Assembly: GCA_035084275.1 (NCBI GenBank)
Contig: CM068745.1
Coordinates: forward strand, 40,068,265 to 40,116,000
DNA: 47,736 nucleotides
Direction: 5' to 3'
DNA from: Hydrolagus colliei
Taxonomy: Eukaryota
Positions 23,754-36,637 of the stretch are shown here, one piece after another (the first letter of the stretch is position 1; every line of letters begins with the position of its first letter). The position numbers were made by a program, and so were the translations under genes. The notes beneath the pieces were generated by a model. The model made no database searches. It worked only from the letters and a program-made list of their open reading frames with translations, and was not told the origin of the DNA.

Positions 23754-25529
23754 TTCTCAGTAGTTATTCTCATCTTTATTCTCAGTAGTTACTGCAACAT
23801 CAGTTAAAGAGAAAGGGAATTGCTGAAGGCTTTTTATGTCAACCATGTGTTCCGTGCTTTGCTGCTAAACTGGATCTCCTTCCTTTAGCATTGTGATAGT
23901 CAAGCATTTAAATGCCCCAATAGAGAATATAATCTGTAAATAATGTACTTACTTAAATATCCGCCAGCAGTGTGAATGCCTGTGGCTGTAATTATTTTTG
24001 CTTCAGCAATGTCGTTACTAGTGCACCTAGTAGAAGATCCCAGCTATTGAATTATTCCCCCTCCTTAAACTGAGAGTTCAATAAGTGATTGAGAGAATAT
24101 GTTTAATTGTAATCATGTCCTCAAATTATAGCACACAATAATTATAAATGCTGCTGATCACCATTTCTTCATAATTGGGATTGGTTGATGTGACAGAAAG
24201 ATCACAATAGAAATAATGTTTCCCAGTGCTGTAAATCTAATAGAAGGTTCAGATGGGAGTTTAGATAAGAAGTATGAAATTGTAGCTCACAAGCTCATGA
24301 TGCAAGCGTTGAAGTTCAGTTCCTTAAAGAAAAGTGAATTATTGTAATCAGTGTTGCTTTGGTTCAAAAAAAGCACCAACTGTAAGGTACATTCCATTTG
24401 TATAGGAAGATCTTAAAGGAGCACTAATCAGCAAGAATACCTATTCCACAGCTAACACAAATAAATGAATGCAATGAAGTAACTCTATTCAGAAACAACA
24501 TCAGATAAACCTAATTGGCTCATATAGTTTGTAAGTAAATAGCTGAAAGGCTGCTAAAAATTGCTTCTCTATCTCTGTAAAATATTTATAATTGCTTGAT
24601 TCGTGAGTTATATTTTCAAGATGAAAGGATACAGCTTTGACAGTTCTATTTTATTCCCTCCCAAACCAACTAAAGGAAACACGACAAGGAATATAAAATG
24701 TTTGTGCCTCAGTGCAAGATTAATTGTGTACTTTGAATGTAGCAAAATTCTCTAAAAGCACTGGGAGGACTATACCAGAAACACAAAAACTTCTCAGGCC
24801 ATGCCAGAAGTAACTAGATTATTGGAGTTTCCGTGGGCGTTCATTTAAGATTCAATTTCCCAGGGTCATTGAAGTGAACAAGATTTTTAGGGCATTTATA
24901 TTGCACAGTTGGCATTGATTTGATATGCGTTTCCCATGGAATCAGCAGAAACTGTATAACTCAATTCAGAAGAGTGGTAGGAGGTGGCTTGCTGAGCTTT
25001 GTAAAGCCTGTAGTATAACAATACCAATGTTTTCAGCAATACCAATGTTTTGAATTTAAACATGACTACCATCAGGAGGCTCCCAGGTGGTGGATGATTC
25101 TCCAGTTTATTTTCTATTGCACAAGGAGCTTTCTGGCTTCCGCTCACTGCTTTCTATAATTATTGTAATTGGATCTATGAACGTATTGGTGTGGATTGGG
25201 GCTTGAATGTGCAAATCAACACTCTAGCACAACGATTGGTGTGGATGAGCATGTTGATATCAACTTAAAAAGAGAACTAAAAGTAAAATCGTTAAACATT
25301 TTATCCATGACATGGTGTGTGATGATGTGGTGAATTATAAACTGAGAATTTGTTAAAGTGTTTAACAGGGATCCCCACAGCTTGTCCAGCTTGGACCACC
25401 CTACCAGTTAGAGCTTTGGCTTGCAGGGTTAACAGTAGCTGAGTGGAATTCTCCCAGCCTCTAGTGTCTGGTCTACCATTACAGATCATGCCTATGAGTC
25501 AGGCTGTGCATTTGGGGCCTATGGGGCCT

Positions 25530-25588
25530 TGAACTCAGGTCTCTTGTTTGCAAGGTGAGTGCTCTAACCACTGAGCTACAGGACTCCA
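25530..25588 (-). mobile_element. SINE tRNA-like head only
   Basis: Reverse complement reads GGAGTCCTGTAGCTCAGTGGTTAGAGCACTCACCTTGCAAACAAGAGACCTGAGTTCAA. Confidence 0.8.
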
Positions 25589-25892
25589 TAATACTCGATC
25601 AGCCTGCTCGGTTACATCCAAGCATCCTGATTGAATAATCATTCAAGCATGCCAGTTAACAGGTCCATCTGCAAATCCTTGGATTATATACTGTAACGGC
25701 TATCTGTGTGAGACATAAGGTACGATGATGCTCACCCTAATTAATATTATTCATCTCTTCAAAATGTCATGGACTTCAAACCTACTGCAGATCAGACCTC
25801 CATGTCCAACATTTTGATTAAATACAAAACATTTGTTACTGTTAAAATTGTAATCGTTATTTAAGGATGTTGTTCGCAACATTGTTTGTTCT

Positions 25893-27090
25893 AAAACAAC
25901 AACAACCAAATTACATTTGTATAGTCCCTTTCGCATCAAGAGTACATCCCAGGGCACTGGACTGCCAAAGATTTGGACGCGAGCTGGGGTTGGGAAAAGA
26001 AGAGTTGTACTGCAGGTGTAGGAGTAGGCCAAAGATGAGGGTCTTAAGATGGGCTTGAAGAAGGCAAGAGAGAGGATGAGGAGAAGGGACTGTGGGCTAG
26101 AGTTCCAATGGGCAGGGTAAGAAAGACTGAAAACCTGATCACCGATAGTGGGTTGAGCAGGACACAGGACTTGAAGCAGGCCCGAGCCTGTTGAGCGGAG
26201 GGAGTGGTCGGTTTGGATTTAGCAGGTCACAGAGGTAGAGGGAATAAGCCCATTAATTGCTTTGAATGCATGGGCAACAACACAGATAGGGAGCCAGTGA
26301 AGCTGGGTGAGGATGGGGTGCTAGGTTCACAAAGCCTGGTGGGGAAATGACATGAGATGCTAAGTTTTGGAGTTGGGGAAAGACAGAACGGGTTGGTACC
26401 AAGAGGGAGCAAAAAGACATTGAAGAGAGGACCAAGGATAGAGCCCTGAGGAGACAGCCATTCATGGACACACAGCGGATATGATGGGAAAATTAAGATT
26501 TGAACCAAGGAAGGACTGAGAGGAGAGGCGGTGGAGGAGGATAGAGTAGTCGATAGTGTCTAAGATGACAGATAGGACAAGAAGACAGAGGGAGCCCCCG
26601 TCACATTGAGTGAACCGCTCCAATCGGAATTCCGTGCTGCCCGCAATACAGAAACAACAACAAAATTACATTTCTAGATTGACTTTCACATCGGGAGGAT
26701 GTACCATGGAGTTGAAACAGGTCAAACCCACAAAGGACATTTTATCCACCTGTGAAGGGAGTTCCCTCTGTCTCCTTGTCTTCTCTGCCTCCTTAGACAT
26801 TGTTGAACCCCTCCAATTGCAAGGGGGAGGGTTGGGCTTCAGAGAGTGAGTGGTGGGAGAGGAAGGAGTGAAGCTGATGAGCAATGATTCGAACAGTACT
26901 TTACAAAGAAAGGGGAGATGGTGCTGTAATTGGAGAGCAGAGATGGGTCCAGGGAAGATTTTTTTGAGGATGGAGGCTGTTTTTAAGGGGGTAGGAATGT
27001 TGCCATCGGACAAGGAGAAGTTGATGATGTCTGTTAATATAGGGACATGTTGATGGAGTTGGCAGGTAAGGAGATGGGTCAAGTGCAGTG
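25893..27090 (-). mobile_element. Rearranged L2 LINE (RT remnants through the 3' tail) with an internal inversion
   Basis: Minus strand: PILTDIINFSLSDGNIPTPLKTA..LPFLCKVL, CDGGSLCLLV..DTIDYSILLHRLS, PQGSILGPL, then the 3' tail. Plus strand (26612-26810): EPLQSEFR..NTET and KDIL..CEGSSLCLLV. Confidence 0.8.
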
Positions 27091-27867
27091 ATTGCAGTTT
27101 GACTTAACACTGAGCAAGCACAAAGGAATTTTTTTGGCTGGGGTTTCATCCATCTGAATAAATTGAAATAAAAACAACGGTATTCATTTTTGCTGGTTTA
27201 TTAAATATCTATCTCAAATATCCTCCACAGCAATATCGCAATCTTTTACAGGTTCCATTTACAGGAGGAAATCTTCACCTTTCAGCTTTATGCTTGTTCT
27301 TTCTTAACTGTGAAGAATAATATTGTTACCGGCAGTGATTACTGCTGTTGTCATGTTATTCATCATATGTGTCAATGTTGGCCACACAAAGCTTTTACAG
27401 TAGCTGCACCACTGAGTTCAAAGGTCAAACGGATTTGAACTGGGTGTGTCTGATTGTGCCAGTTTGAGATTGAGGCTGCTTTCATGATAAATGGAAAAAC
27501 TTTGTTTTTTGAGCAAATCAGTTCTGAACGGATTAGCCTGTTTTTGATCCAGAGCTACATTTTCATCCGTGCTGTTGACTTTTGCTTTTGTGTTAGGTCT
27601 GAGGTTTTACTGTGACATACTTCAGTTACCTGAGATAAAATCAACTCTAATACCTGAACCAATGTTTCTTTATTTATCTCACCATATGAACAATTTACCG
27701 CAGCATTTTGTGATGTTTTTGTAGTTGATTTTGAACTTAAAATTCATAATGTACATAGAATAGAATTGGAAAGAGCTTGTAAAAATCTTGTGAATAAAGA
27801 ATGGTTTGTCCTCTTTGGATTTTATTTCATGTTTGTGATTATCTTGACAGATTCCACATCTAACAAC

Positions 27868-27913
27868 CATGTACCTTTCTCCATCGGCACTAGCTGATGG
27901 AGAAAGGTATATG
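27868..27913 (+). other. Isolated 21-bp hairpin with a 4-nt loop
   Basis: CATGTACCTTTCTCCATCGGC-ACTA-GCTGATGGAGAAAGGTATATG: 19 Watson-Crick plus 2 G-U pairs. Confidence 0.85.
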
Positions 27914-28106
27914 TAATTGTTTATATTGAAGTTCTGTTCTTTACATTAAAATGCAAATTTCCATCGGTTCTAATTTGCAGGTTCAGTTCTTATATGTGGG
28001 TTCAGTTAACAATCCATCTGCTAAAATCAAATATTGGATTAACAGAGGGATTTATAAGGGCACCCTTCATTGTTTGTTCAATCAGTAAAATGATTTAATA
28101 ATACAG

Positions 28107-28395
28107 TAATAATAATCCTTGCATTTGATATAGCACTTTATCACATCTTTTAGACATCTCAAACCACTTCACAGCATATACTACAAAGTGAATTTACTGT
28201 GTATTTGTGGGCGAAATGCGGCAGCCATTTGCGCATATTAGTGTCCCATAAACAGTCATGGATTGAAATGACCTTTATTTGTGGGATTATTATCATATAT
28301 GTGAAGTAAGGAAACAAGCTTTCACCCTGCCTGGAAGTGAATCTAGGTCTCTCGTTTATAAGGTGAGTGCTCTAATCACTGAGCTACAGATCTCC
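28107..28395 (-). mobile_element. Full-length tRNA-derived SINE
   Basis: Head (reverse complement of GTAGCTCAGTGATTAGAGCACTC), Deu-like body and (ATT)n tail. Confidence 0.85.
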
Positions 28396-29209
28396 ACCAG
28401 TAATTCTGTAATTCTTTGCATTTATTGTTATTTATATATGATGCAGGACCTCAGTTTTGTAGTTGCACATGGTCAACCCAACGTTTCAAATTTGATGTGG
28501 GTTTTTAGCCCAATCTTGAAATTTAATATCAATGTTTATATTTTGGACATAAGAAATCAGAATTATTCAAAGCTCCACTTCCTCTTCTTACCCAATTAAT
28601 ATAACATTAATTTCAGTAGGTGAACTGGAATTGATATAATCGCTCTTTTTAGTATGTTCATATTAAGATGGTATAGAGAGGTTGAGTTCCATCACAATCC
28701 ATTGTCTTTTGAATGCACCATGCACATTGTGCAAAGAATGTCCTCATAAATGCATCAAATATGAATCTTAATCAATAAATAAGAAGACAAATATTTTACA
28801 TTATACTTTTTAAAATCATAGCAAGTGAAATGCATCTTAAAATAACTGACAATGAACACTCATATGTACTCAGCGTGTTATTCTTTGCCCTATAGATTAT
28901 TACACACATAAGGATTTGAGTGTGAAAAGCTTTGCAGATAAAGAAACAGTTTGATAAATGTCTTGGGGCTTATTGCAGTGCAAGCAATCACAATGCAGGT
29001 GAAGCGCTTGGGCAAAATGCATGGCACAGTTAACATTAAAGTTTATCTTAAATTACATGGTCAATGTATTAGTATTGTAGTTTATTCAACCTATTAGTCT
29101 TTCAGTTCGGTCTACTTGGTGTATAAGCTCTCTTTTATTTAAAAGTTATTGTATCCTGTCACAAATGGAGTTCCTCTTCAGTTTCATCAAATTTGAAATA
29201 AATGAATAG

Positions 29210-29350
29210 TTTTCTAACGAAAAGTCATTGACCTGAAACATTAACTAATTTTCCTCTGTCTCCATGGATGTTGCCTTATCTGCTGCATGTTCCGAGTGAC
29301 TTCTGTGTTTATACCAGCATTTCCAGCATCTGTAGTGTTTTGCCCTTTGT
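29210..29350 (+). mobile_element. Older copy of the Penelope-derived unit
   Basis: CTAACGA-AAAGTC-ATT-GACCT-GAAACATT ... TCTCCATGGATGTTGCC ... TTTCCAGCATCTGTAGTGTTTTGC is colinear with 1291-1425. Confidence 0.65.
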
Positions 29351-31339
29351 TTAATCGGTTTCTGACAGACTCAATTTTACAAATTCAACTGCATTATAAT
29401 GAGGTCTTGAAGTGGTAGAATTTAAAGGTAAGGTATCCTCACTGAAACTGGAAGCTGCATCTTTAAAAGGTTAACCTTTACAAAATCAGCACATTTAATG
29501 GTTTCAAAGAAAAGAGAAAAGGTGGTCATTCATGCTGTAAGCATGCTTTGCTTATTACAGTGCAACTGCTTATTGCCACATAAGTCCCTTAAGTAAAAAG
29601 CAAACAAACTTGCATTGACCTTTTATAAGATATTAATTGAGGGGCTCTAGCATAATCTCAATTGCCTTGTCATCCACTAAAACCCAGGTTATTTCAACAC
29701 AAGATCCCATTTGCAGGAGCTGGTGGGGATGAGTTTACACGATCTCACATACCTGAGTGAAGAGGATCCCAGGTCATGGTTCTCCCATTTAGAGCATACC
29801 CGGACTGTGTGACTGTGCTCACAATCTAATCTAGCTGTTGGTTGTTACAAAGGAAAACATAATCTGCACCAAGTCATCTGACTTGGCTCAAACTTCTCAG
29901 AAACATGGTCAGTGGCCATCTTTGGCCGATTGGAACGCATAGTTGCCCTAAAGAAGCTGTGATGTCAGATAGCTTAACTGCCACATCTTTTTCCCTCAGG
30001 CACAGATGTGGAATGCTGCAGTATGTAAATTTTGATTAAGTTGTTGAGTTAGCCTTGGATTTATAGAACTAGTATTCATATTTGCCACAATCCATTACTT
30101 TGATGCTTTCAAAGGAACATGATTTATTTTAGTCACAATAAATGTCAGAAAGAAGTAAGTAAAATATTTTTCAACCTTTATTGAATTCCATACTCTGGGA
30201 CAATGCATTTTTATTTTACATTTAAAGCAGAACTTGATTTATATTCTATGCAAAGGAAAATCTAGTCCTTTATATTCTAACAATTGTCAGGATATATGAA
30301 TTTCAGTTTAGGTGCTAAAAGATGAAAAGTTCCAAGTATGGTGTTAAACGCGCAGGGAGAGTCTTCAAATATCTGCAAGTTGATGCTAATTAATTTACTG
30401 ATTCCAGCAACAACTTGCAACTTTACACAGCAACCTCACATAGGATAGTGCCTGTGAAACATTTTATATCATATTCCCAGTACAAACTTTTTATATTATT
30501 GAACAGAATATAATTTTCACAAACAAACCTGCTACTTTGTGTTACTTTGTGTGTTAATTCTCCATAAAGAGTACTTAAATCACAGACCCTCTTCCCCGAA
30601 CAAAGCATCTTTCAGAAATTGATATATCTGCACAAATTTTTGACAAGAGATTAATCCTTTCCTCATTAAGGACTAATCAACATCATAACAAAATGTAGCC
30701 CAATTGTGAACTAAGTTGTTTTATAAAATAAAAGTAATTAAAAGACTTGTCTATGTGGTTACAAAGGAGGAAACATTGTACACAGTTGATCAAGAGATGT
30801 ACTGTATAGGTATAGAGTTACATAATTCAAATAAATAATTATCTTCTGGATTCAACAACAATCAATTTCATTTACTTTACACCTTTCTCATGTTCACCAT
30901 CTTGAAGTGCTGTACTTAGATCATGAAAGCAGCACCAAAGTAATATAACATAAAACAATAGGGCCAAATGGCCACTCATTTGCGCCGCTTATTTCTATCC
31001 ATCATTCCGCTATATTTTTGTTAAATTTTGATTGCTTTTTTAGAAGTAATGCTCTCAATTTTCTAATTTGGTTGCCGCCATAGCCCAATCACTGATGATT
31101 TCTTTTAGACCAAGTGTTCACGTTATCCAGGTCAATTGCTTCTTTTCTTCTGGTCGATAATCTTCTGTCTAATTTCTGCAAAGAAGATTGTGATATTTTA
31201 ACTGGCTATTTCCTGCAACTGATGTCTCAGGTGAATCTCAATGCTAGTCTGAATACCTACATTTTTGTGCTAGTTTTGCTCAGGAGGCAGCACTCTTACC
31301 CCAGGATCGGAACTTGGACCACAGGCTGCAAACTCAGAA

Positions 31340-31510
31340 GCAACAACAACAACAACTTTATTTATAGAGGGCCCTCCATGTCGGGCGGCATGCCTGCGCT
31401 TCACAATGGCAGAGCCCGAGGCCAAGTCAGGGGAAGGGGGAAGGTGACCGTAGGTATGGTCGAAGAGAAAGATCTTCAGGCATGACCTGAAGATGGGGAA
31501 GGAGGTGGTG
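31340..31510 (-). mobile_element. L2 LINE 3' end
   Basis: (AAC)n tail; the minus ORF contains LKIFLFDHTY. Confidence 0.75.
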
Positions 31511-31564
31511 TACTCCAATCAGCATCAACCATTGTAATATTGTTGGTGTTAGTCTTCATATGAA

Positions 31565-31790
31565 CCATTAACCAGATGCCCCATCTGCCTGGCAACAGTT
31601 AAAGCTAAAGATCCCATGACACTCTTTGACAGGGAAGGGTGTTCCCTGGCCAACAATCCTATGGATTAATTGGTCATTAATTTCATGGGTGTTTGTGCGA
31701 CCTTGTTGAAGCAAATAAATGGCACGTTCTCTTACAAGAAACATTAGATGTGACAGTAATTGCATTGGAAGGTCTTTAAAACATTTCAAT
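31565..31790 (+). mobile_element. Deu-domain SINE fragment
   Basis: TAAAGATCCCATGACACT, GTTCCCTGGCCAAC, TGGTCATT...GTTTGTGCGACCTTG. Confidence 0.6.
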
Positions 31791-31799
31791 GTCTTTTTT

Positions 31800-32070
31800 G
31801 TTATGCAGCCATGTGCCCTGCCTCGGCCGCACTATCATTGATGGGTGGGCCTTCAGTCACTCTACCCACACCCGCTGAGACTCCATCCTTATTCATCCGC
31901 CTCAAGGCCTCGTCTTTCACCTTGCTTTCGATTAACCTTCTACCCCCACCCCCAACCCTCTTGATTCCTACTCCTAGCTCAGGTGTGGAATACTGTCTGC
32001 CCAGCACCTTGGGACATCCTCCGGAAATGAAAGGTGCGACACAGATGTAATTGGGTTGTTGTTGTTGTTA
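31800..32070 (+). mobile_element. L2 LINE 3' region
   Basis: GCCTTCAG, CGCCTCAAG, CAGCACCTTGGGACATCCTCC...GAAAGGTGC...(TTG)n. Confidence 0.75.
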
Positions 32071-34309
32071 TAGTCAACAGCTATAGAATTGGTGCATTTA
32101 TTATGGAGCAACTATGCTTTAATGATGATCTAATGATCTCACTCTCTTTATTTTCATACAATGCCATTTTGTTCATTAGTTTCAAATATTTTCATAATTT
32201 CTTGTCCTTGGGAAATTATAGGCATCAATAACACTGGATTAATTGTAACATAACAAATCTATTTTAAAAACAAATCAAAACCTATAAAGCAATAAAAAAA
32301 AGATCACATTTGTCATTTATTAGTCATCCTTGGTATGTATATTAGTAAAGTGATTTTTTTTAACACCCAGAACAAATTTATCAATAGAAAAGCCAATGAT
32401 AATATTTCATTTAACATTAATAGTCACTTATACAATAATAGTGATGAGGATCAATATAGAATGTATCTCATTCGTGACAAACATTGAATAAACCAAAGTA
32501 TTACAGGCATGCCTAGTTATAGCTCACAAAACATTCAATCCTCAGTAGCTAAATTAAAAATATAATACATGCAACAAGAATGAAACTTGCACAACCATGC
32601 TGTGGGGGAATCCACCTATATTTGAGGGGGATGAGACATATGCGGAAACCCATCACCATGCTTCCGAGTATCCAAACTGAACTAAAAATTCTGTGCATCC
32701 CAGCTACACAGGAAATTCCAGCAAAACATTATTGGAATGGAATGCAACTCCACTTATTCAATGTACAGTACATGAGAAAGTCTGTATAGATATTCCCTGA
32801 TATCAAACAATTATTTTCAAACTAAAAGGATACTCTTTATTCCCCACTTCTGCCAACTATCATAGATTTATATTCCAAATGATCTGTATGCATATTGATC
32901 TAAATTGAATGTGCTTTAGTATTTTGAAGTGCTAGTTCACGTACTCCTCTTTCCTCCAAAGAAGCACATGTTACAATTCTACAATGTTTCCAGTGCATCA
33001 ATGCTGTTTTGATGCTACCAAATTAAATAATATTGCAGTCTCAAAAAGTTACAAAAACATCTTTTGACTTGTGATCAAAGGTTATCAAACTGCAACCTTA
33101 AGTTTAGTCAAATTTGATAATACCTTTATAATAACCTGAATGAAGCCTTCAATTACTCATGAGTAGTTACGACAATTTCTATTTCATGTCATTTTATAGA
33201 TAAATTTAGGATTACTCGTCCCTTGACCTTGTTTTATTTGAAGTAAAACTCATCTGCCTCTGATCACCAGATCTGCCTAATTGGTTCATAACTTCTTGAA
33301 ACCTATTTATGCACTCTATATTAGTCTCCTACCCACATAGCTTGTTATTATCAGCACATTTTTAAATATTCCAAAATGTACTCTGCTCTGAGTTATTTAA
33401 GAATAACACAATCATCAGGAGACCAGAAAAGACTTGTTTCACTTTAGTCACTGTCCCAATTCCAGATAGTTTTATTTACATTTAACATTTGTTTTCATTG
33501 TGCATTAATTTCTGTTTGTTGCTGAAGAATTTTCAATCCAGAAAACATTTGATATCTCTCAAAAAGATTGTTCTGCCATCAGAAATACTGATTTCATAGC
33601 ACATATATATGTTTGTACAGTTCAAATTTATATTTCTAACAAATCAGAGTCAGAAGTTTAGATCTGATACGTGATTAAAGTACTCTCATTCCAATCTAAC
33701 TGACACATTTGTTTTTGACTGAATGGAGTTGGAAGCTACTGCAAGCCTCAATAACAGAATAGATGATGTTAATGCACCATTTACAGTGAAAAGATAGGAT
33801 AAGGTGTACCTTTTGTGGATTTTTCAATTTTTTTTCAGATTTAATGTAATTTCTTTCTTATTCATGACTTTTGGTAGATTTCCTAATGTTAAATTATTAC
33901 CTTCAACCTGCAAACAGAATTTTTTAGTAAATTGTAGTCTGTGCAAACATGAATAGATAAAACCACTGTGTTGAATTAAAATTAGCCATATTGGTCTGAA
34001 AGTCCTCATTTTATTCTCCAGTTGGCTGTGGTCTTGCTTTTCACAACCAAGGCAGCAATAGGTTAACATTGCATCTTCAGACTAGCTTCTGACTGATCCT
34101 AATGTGATAACTAGTGTCAAGTGTAGTTACTATATTTATAGAAACACATGGCACCATTTGTGATCTTTAATGCCCATTGGAAAAGGGGGACCTTAGCTTA
34201 ATGTTTGATTCAAACATGCGTCATCACCAGTAAAATAGCCTCCCTCTTTTCTGCAATAGTGTGGGTAAGTCTATAAATAAATCCAAACTATCTGTTCAGT
34301 GTCCCTCTT

Positions 34310-34430
34310 CAACAACGATAACAACAACATTACATTTGTATAGCACCTTTCACATTGGGAGAACGTCTCAAGGAGCTGGACAGACAATGTTCCACACCTG
34401 AGCTGTGGGTAGGGATTGGGGATGGTACCT
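34310..34430 (-). mobile_element. L2 3' terminal fragment
   Basis: AACAACAACATTACATTTGTATAGCACCTTTCAC. Confidence 0.75.
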
Positions 34431-34557
34431 TCACAACTTGAGTCTTTTCACGACTTGAGTCTCCATGCCCAAGTGGAACAACAAACATGTTTAACTTTTG
34501 CCTAGACATTCATTTCTCTGTGAAACACTTCATGAGATGTATTTCTACATTAAGGTT

Positions 34558-34866
34558 CAGTCCTGTAGCTCAGTGGTTAGAACACTTGCCTCGCAAGTTA
34601 GAGACCTGGGTTTGATTCCCAGCAGGGTGAAAACTTGGGCAAGTTTCCTTACTCCACATACCTGATAATAATCCTTCAAGAAGTAAATAAAATAATAATT
34701 TGGTCAATCAATCCATTCCTGTTTATGGATACTGCTGTATGAAATTGTTTGTAATGCTTTGCCCACAGATATAGTCAATTCACTTTACAGTATATTCTGC
34801 AAAGCACTTTGAGACATCTAGAAACGTGAAAAGCGCTATCTCAAATGAAAGGATTATTCTTATTAC
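34558..34866 (+). mobile_element. Full-length tRNA-derived SINE
   Basis: A box TAGCTCAGTGG, B box GGTTTGATTCC, Deu-like body, L2-like tail. Confidence 0.9.
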
Positions 34867-36489
34867 TTATAAGGTACTAATGTAATTGCAAGTTGATGAT
34901 TATGTATTTTTCTCCTAATTATATATTCTTGTGCAATGGAGTAACTATAATTACACATTCAAATTTAAATCTCTGCTGCAATATCCTATTGAGCTCCATA
35001 ACAACATTGTTTATGCATGTCTCTGAAAATTTTTGTTGCAAATCCCTTTGCTGAAATGAAAAAAATGTTCCACTTATGGAACTAAATAGAAACGAAAAAG
35101 TAGACTGAATTATGCTCATGTAATTCACAGAACATGAATGTTTTAAATTACTTTACAACTTCATGACATAATAGAAATGTAGGCTATTGTTAAAGAAGGC
35201 ACAAATTAGATGCAGTTATACACTTTATCATTGTAGGTTAGTAAGGATTCTTAGTGCTATCTCCAATTAATAGAAATCATCTGAGTTATGTACGCAATTA
35301 TGGAAATTCATTATCTTAAAAGCTGATAAAACAATTTAAAAATTGTTGCACTTTATTATATACTGTATGTGAAGAACATTTCAATGCATTGACTGGTGCT
35401 GTTGGTAAGTAAAACAGTACAGGATAGCTTCATTCTGTTGCAGTTTTTTTTGAAGGTAAGAATCAACATTGCCACCTGTAATATCCAAGGGTTTAATTCA
35501 AAATAATGTACCCCAAGTCATGCATCCCAAAATAAAGCTTTGATACGTATGCCTCCTGTAACCTTCAGCAAAGGAACTGTGAATAACAGGCTCAGTGTTA
35601 CACTGGAGAATTTGGCAATCAAAAAGTTATTTTCATGATTGGATTAGAAACTATTTTGCAAAGGGATTACGGAACATTTTGACAATTGCTCTCTTTTCAG
35701 AAGGATTTTAAATTACACAAATGTATTAGCCCATTACTACTATTCGCTTGAATTTGAGGTAGATTAATTCACAGCTGTTCCATTTATTGTTACAAACATA
35801 CTGTGTGCTTAGGAATCTATGCACACAGTATGGCTGTAGCAATAAATGGGCTCTTTATGCCCAAGAACAAAGTGTTTACTGTTATACTGTGATGTTTTTT
35901 CGGTTAGTGGCACAGTGCTGTAAGGTCACCACTATTAGCTATCCTGTTGGGCCATCAATACTGGATTCACGCTTCGTGAACATTTACAGTAGTAACTTCT
36001 ATGAGAGAGTAAACCAAATACTGTAAGGCACGTTTCCCACCAATATAATATATGATTCAGAGTAAGCTTTCTGTGAGTCCTCTCATGTTACATTTGCAGG
36101 GGTCATAGGTTTTGTTAGCAGAGATATTATTAATGTGTTAAAGATAACGATGCCTGTAGTAGAATGGTTGGATTAGCCTTCAAAGTTTTAGTATTAGCAT
36201 AATATTTTAGAGAAGAAAATTTGACAACTCCAAAATCCCAACACGTTGCTGTCCAAGTCTGTCATCACATGTTCAATGGTACAGTACTTGAAATTCCTTT
36301 GTTGTGCTTCAATATATGTTAGCGGCATTCTATACACATCCAGTGACTTCCCCAGTCATATTGTCAATAACTGTGAAATGGTTAAAGGACTCTTGATTAT
36401 GTCTCATGGTAGCCTGGTTGGAATTTTAAGAAGTTAAACTGATGCCTCCTATTTTTGTGTGAGGTACAAGATATCACTAATGCCAAGTA

Positions 36490-36637
36490 AACTCGGGTCA
36501 TAAACTCGACCGCGCCTTTGGTCACCTTTCTACCCCTGCCCCTGGCTCGGTCCTGGGATCCACTACTGTGAAGCGCTCTTAGACGCTGTCCAGTGTGGAG
36601 GACGCTATACAATCAAAGTTGTTATTGTTGTTGTTGT
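36490..36637 (+). mobile_element. L2 3' end (second tail type)
   Basis: GTGAAGCGCTCTTAGACGCTGTCCAGTGTGGAGGACGCTATAC...(TTG)n. Confidence 0.75.

Noticed and set aside
30000-30020. Possible 21-nt microexon (TTCCCTCAG ... GTATGT)
   Set aside because: Weak donor; such matches are expected by chance in 48 kb.
34560-34630. tRNA genes at SINE heads (also 18753, 25530, 28330, 38225, 38569)
   Set aside because: Acceptor stems are incomplete, anticodons vary between copies, and most continue into a SINE body.
35444-35460. Possible 12-nt microexon or second AG|GTAAG site
   Set aside because: Short pyrimidine tract, AAG acceptor and no supporting context.
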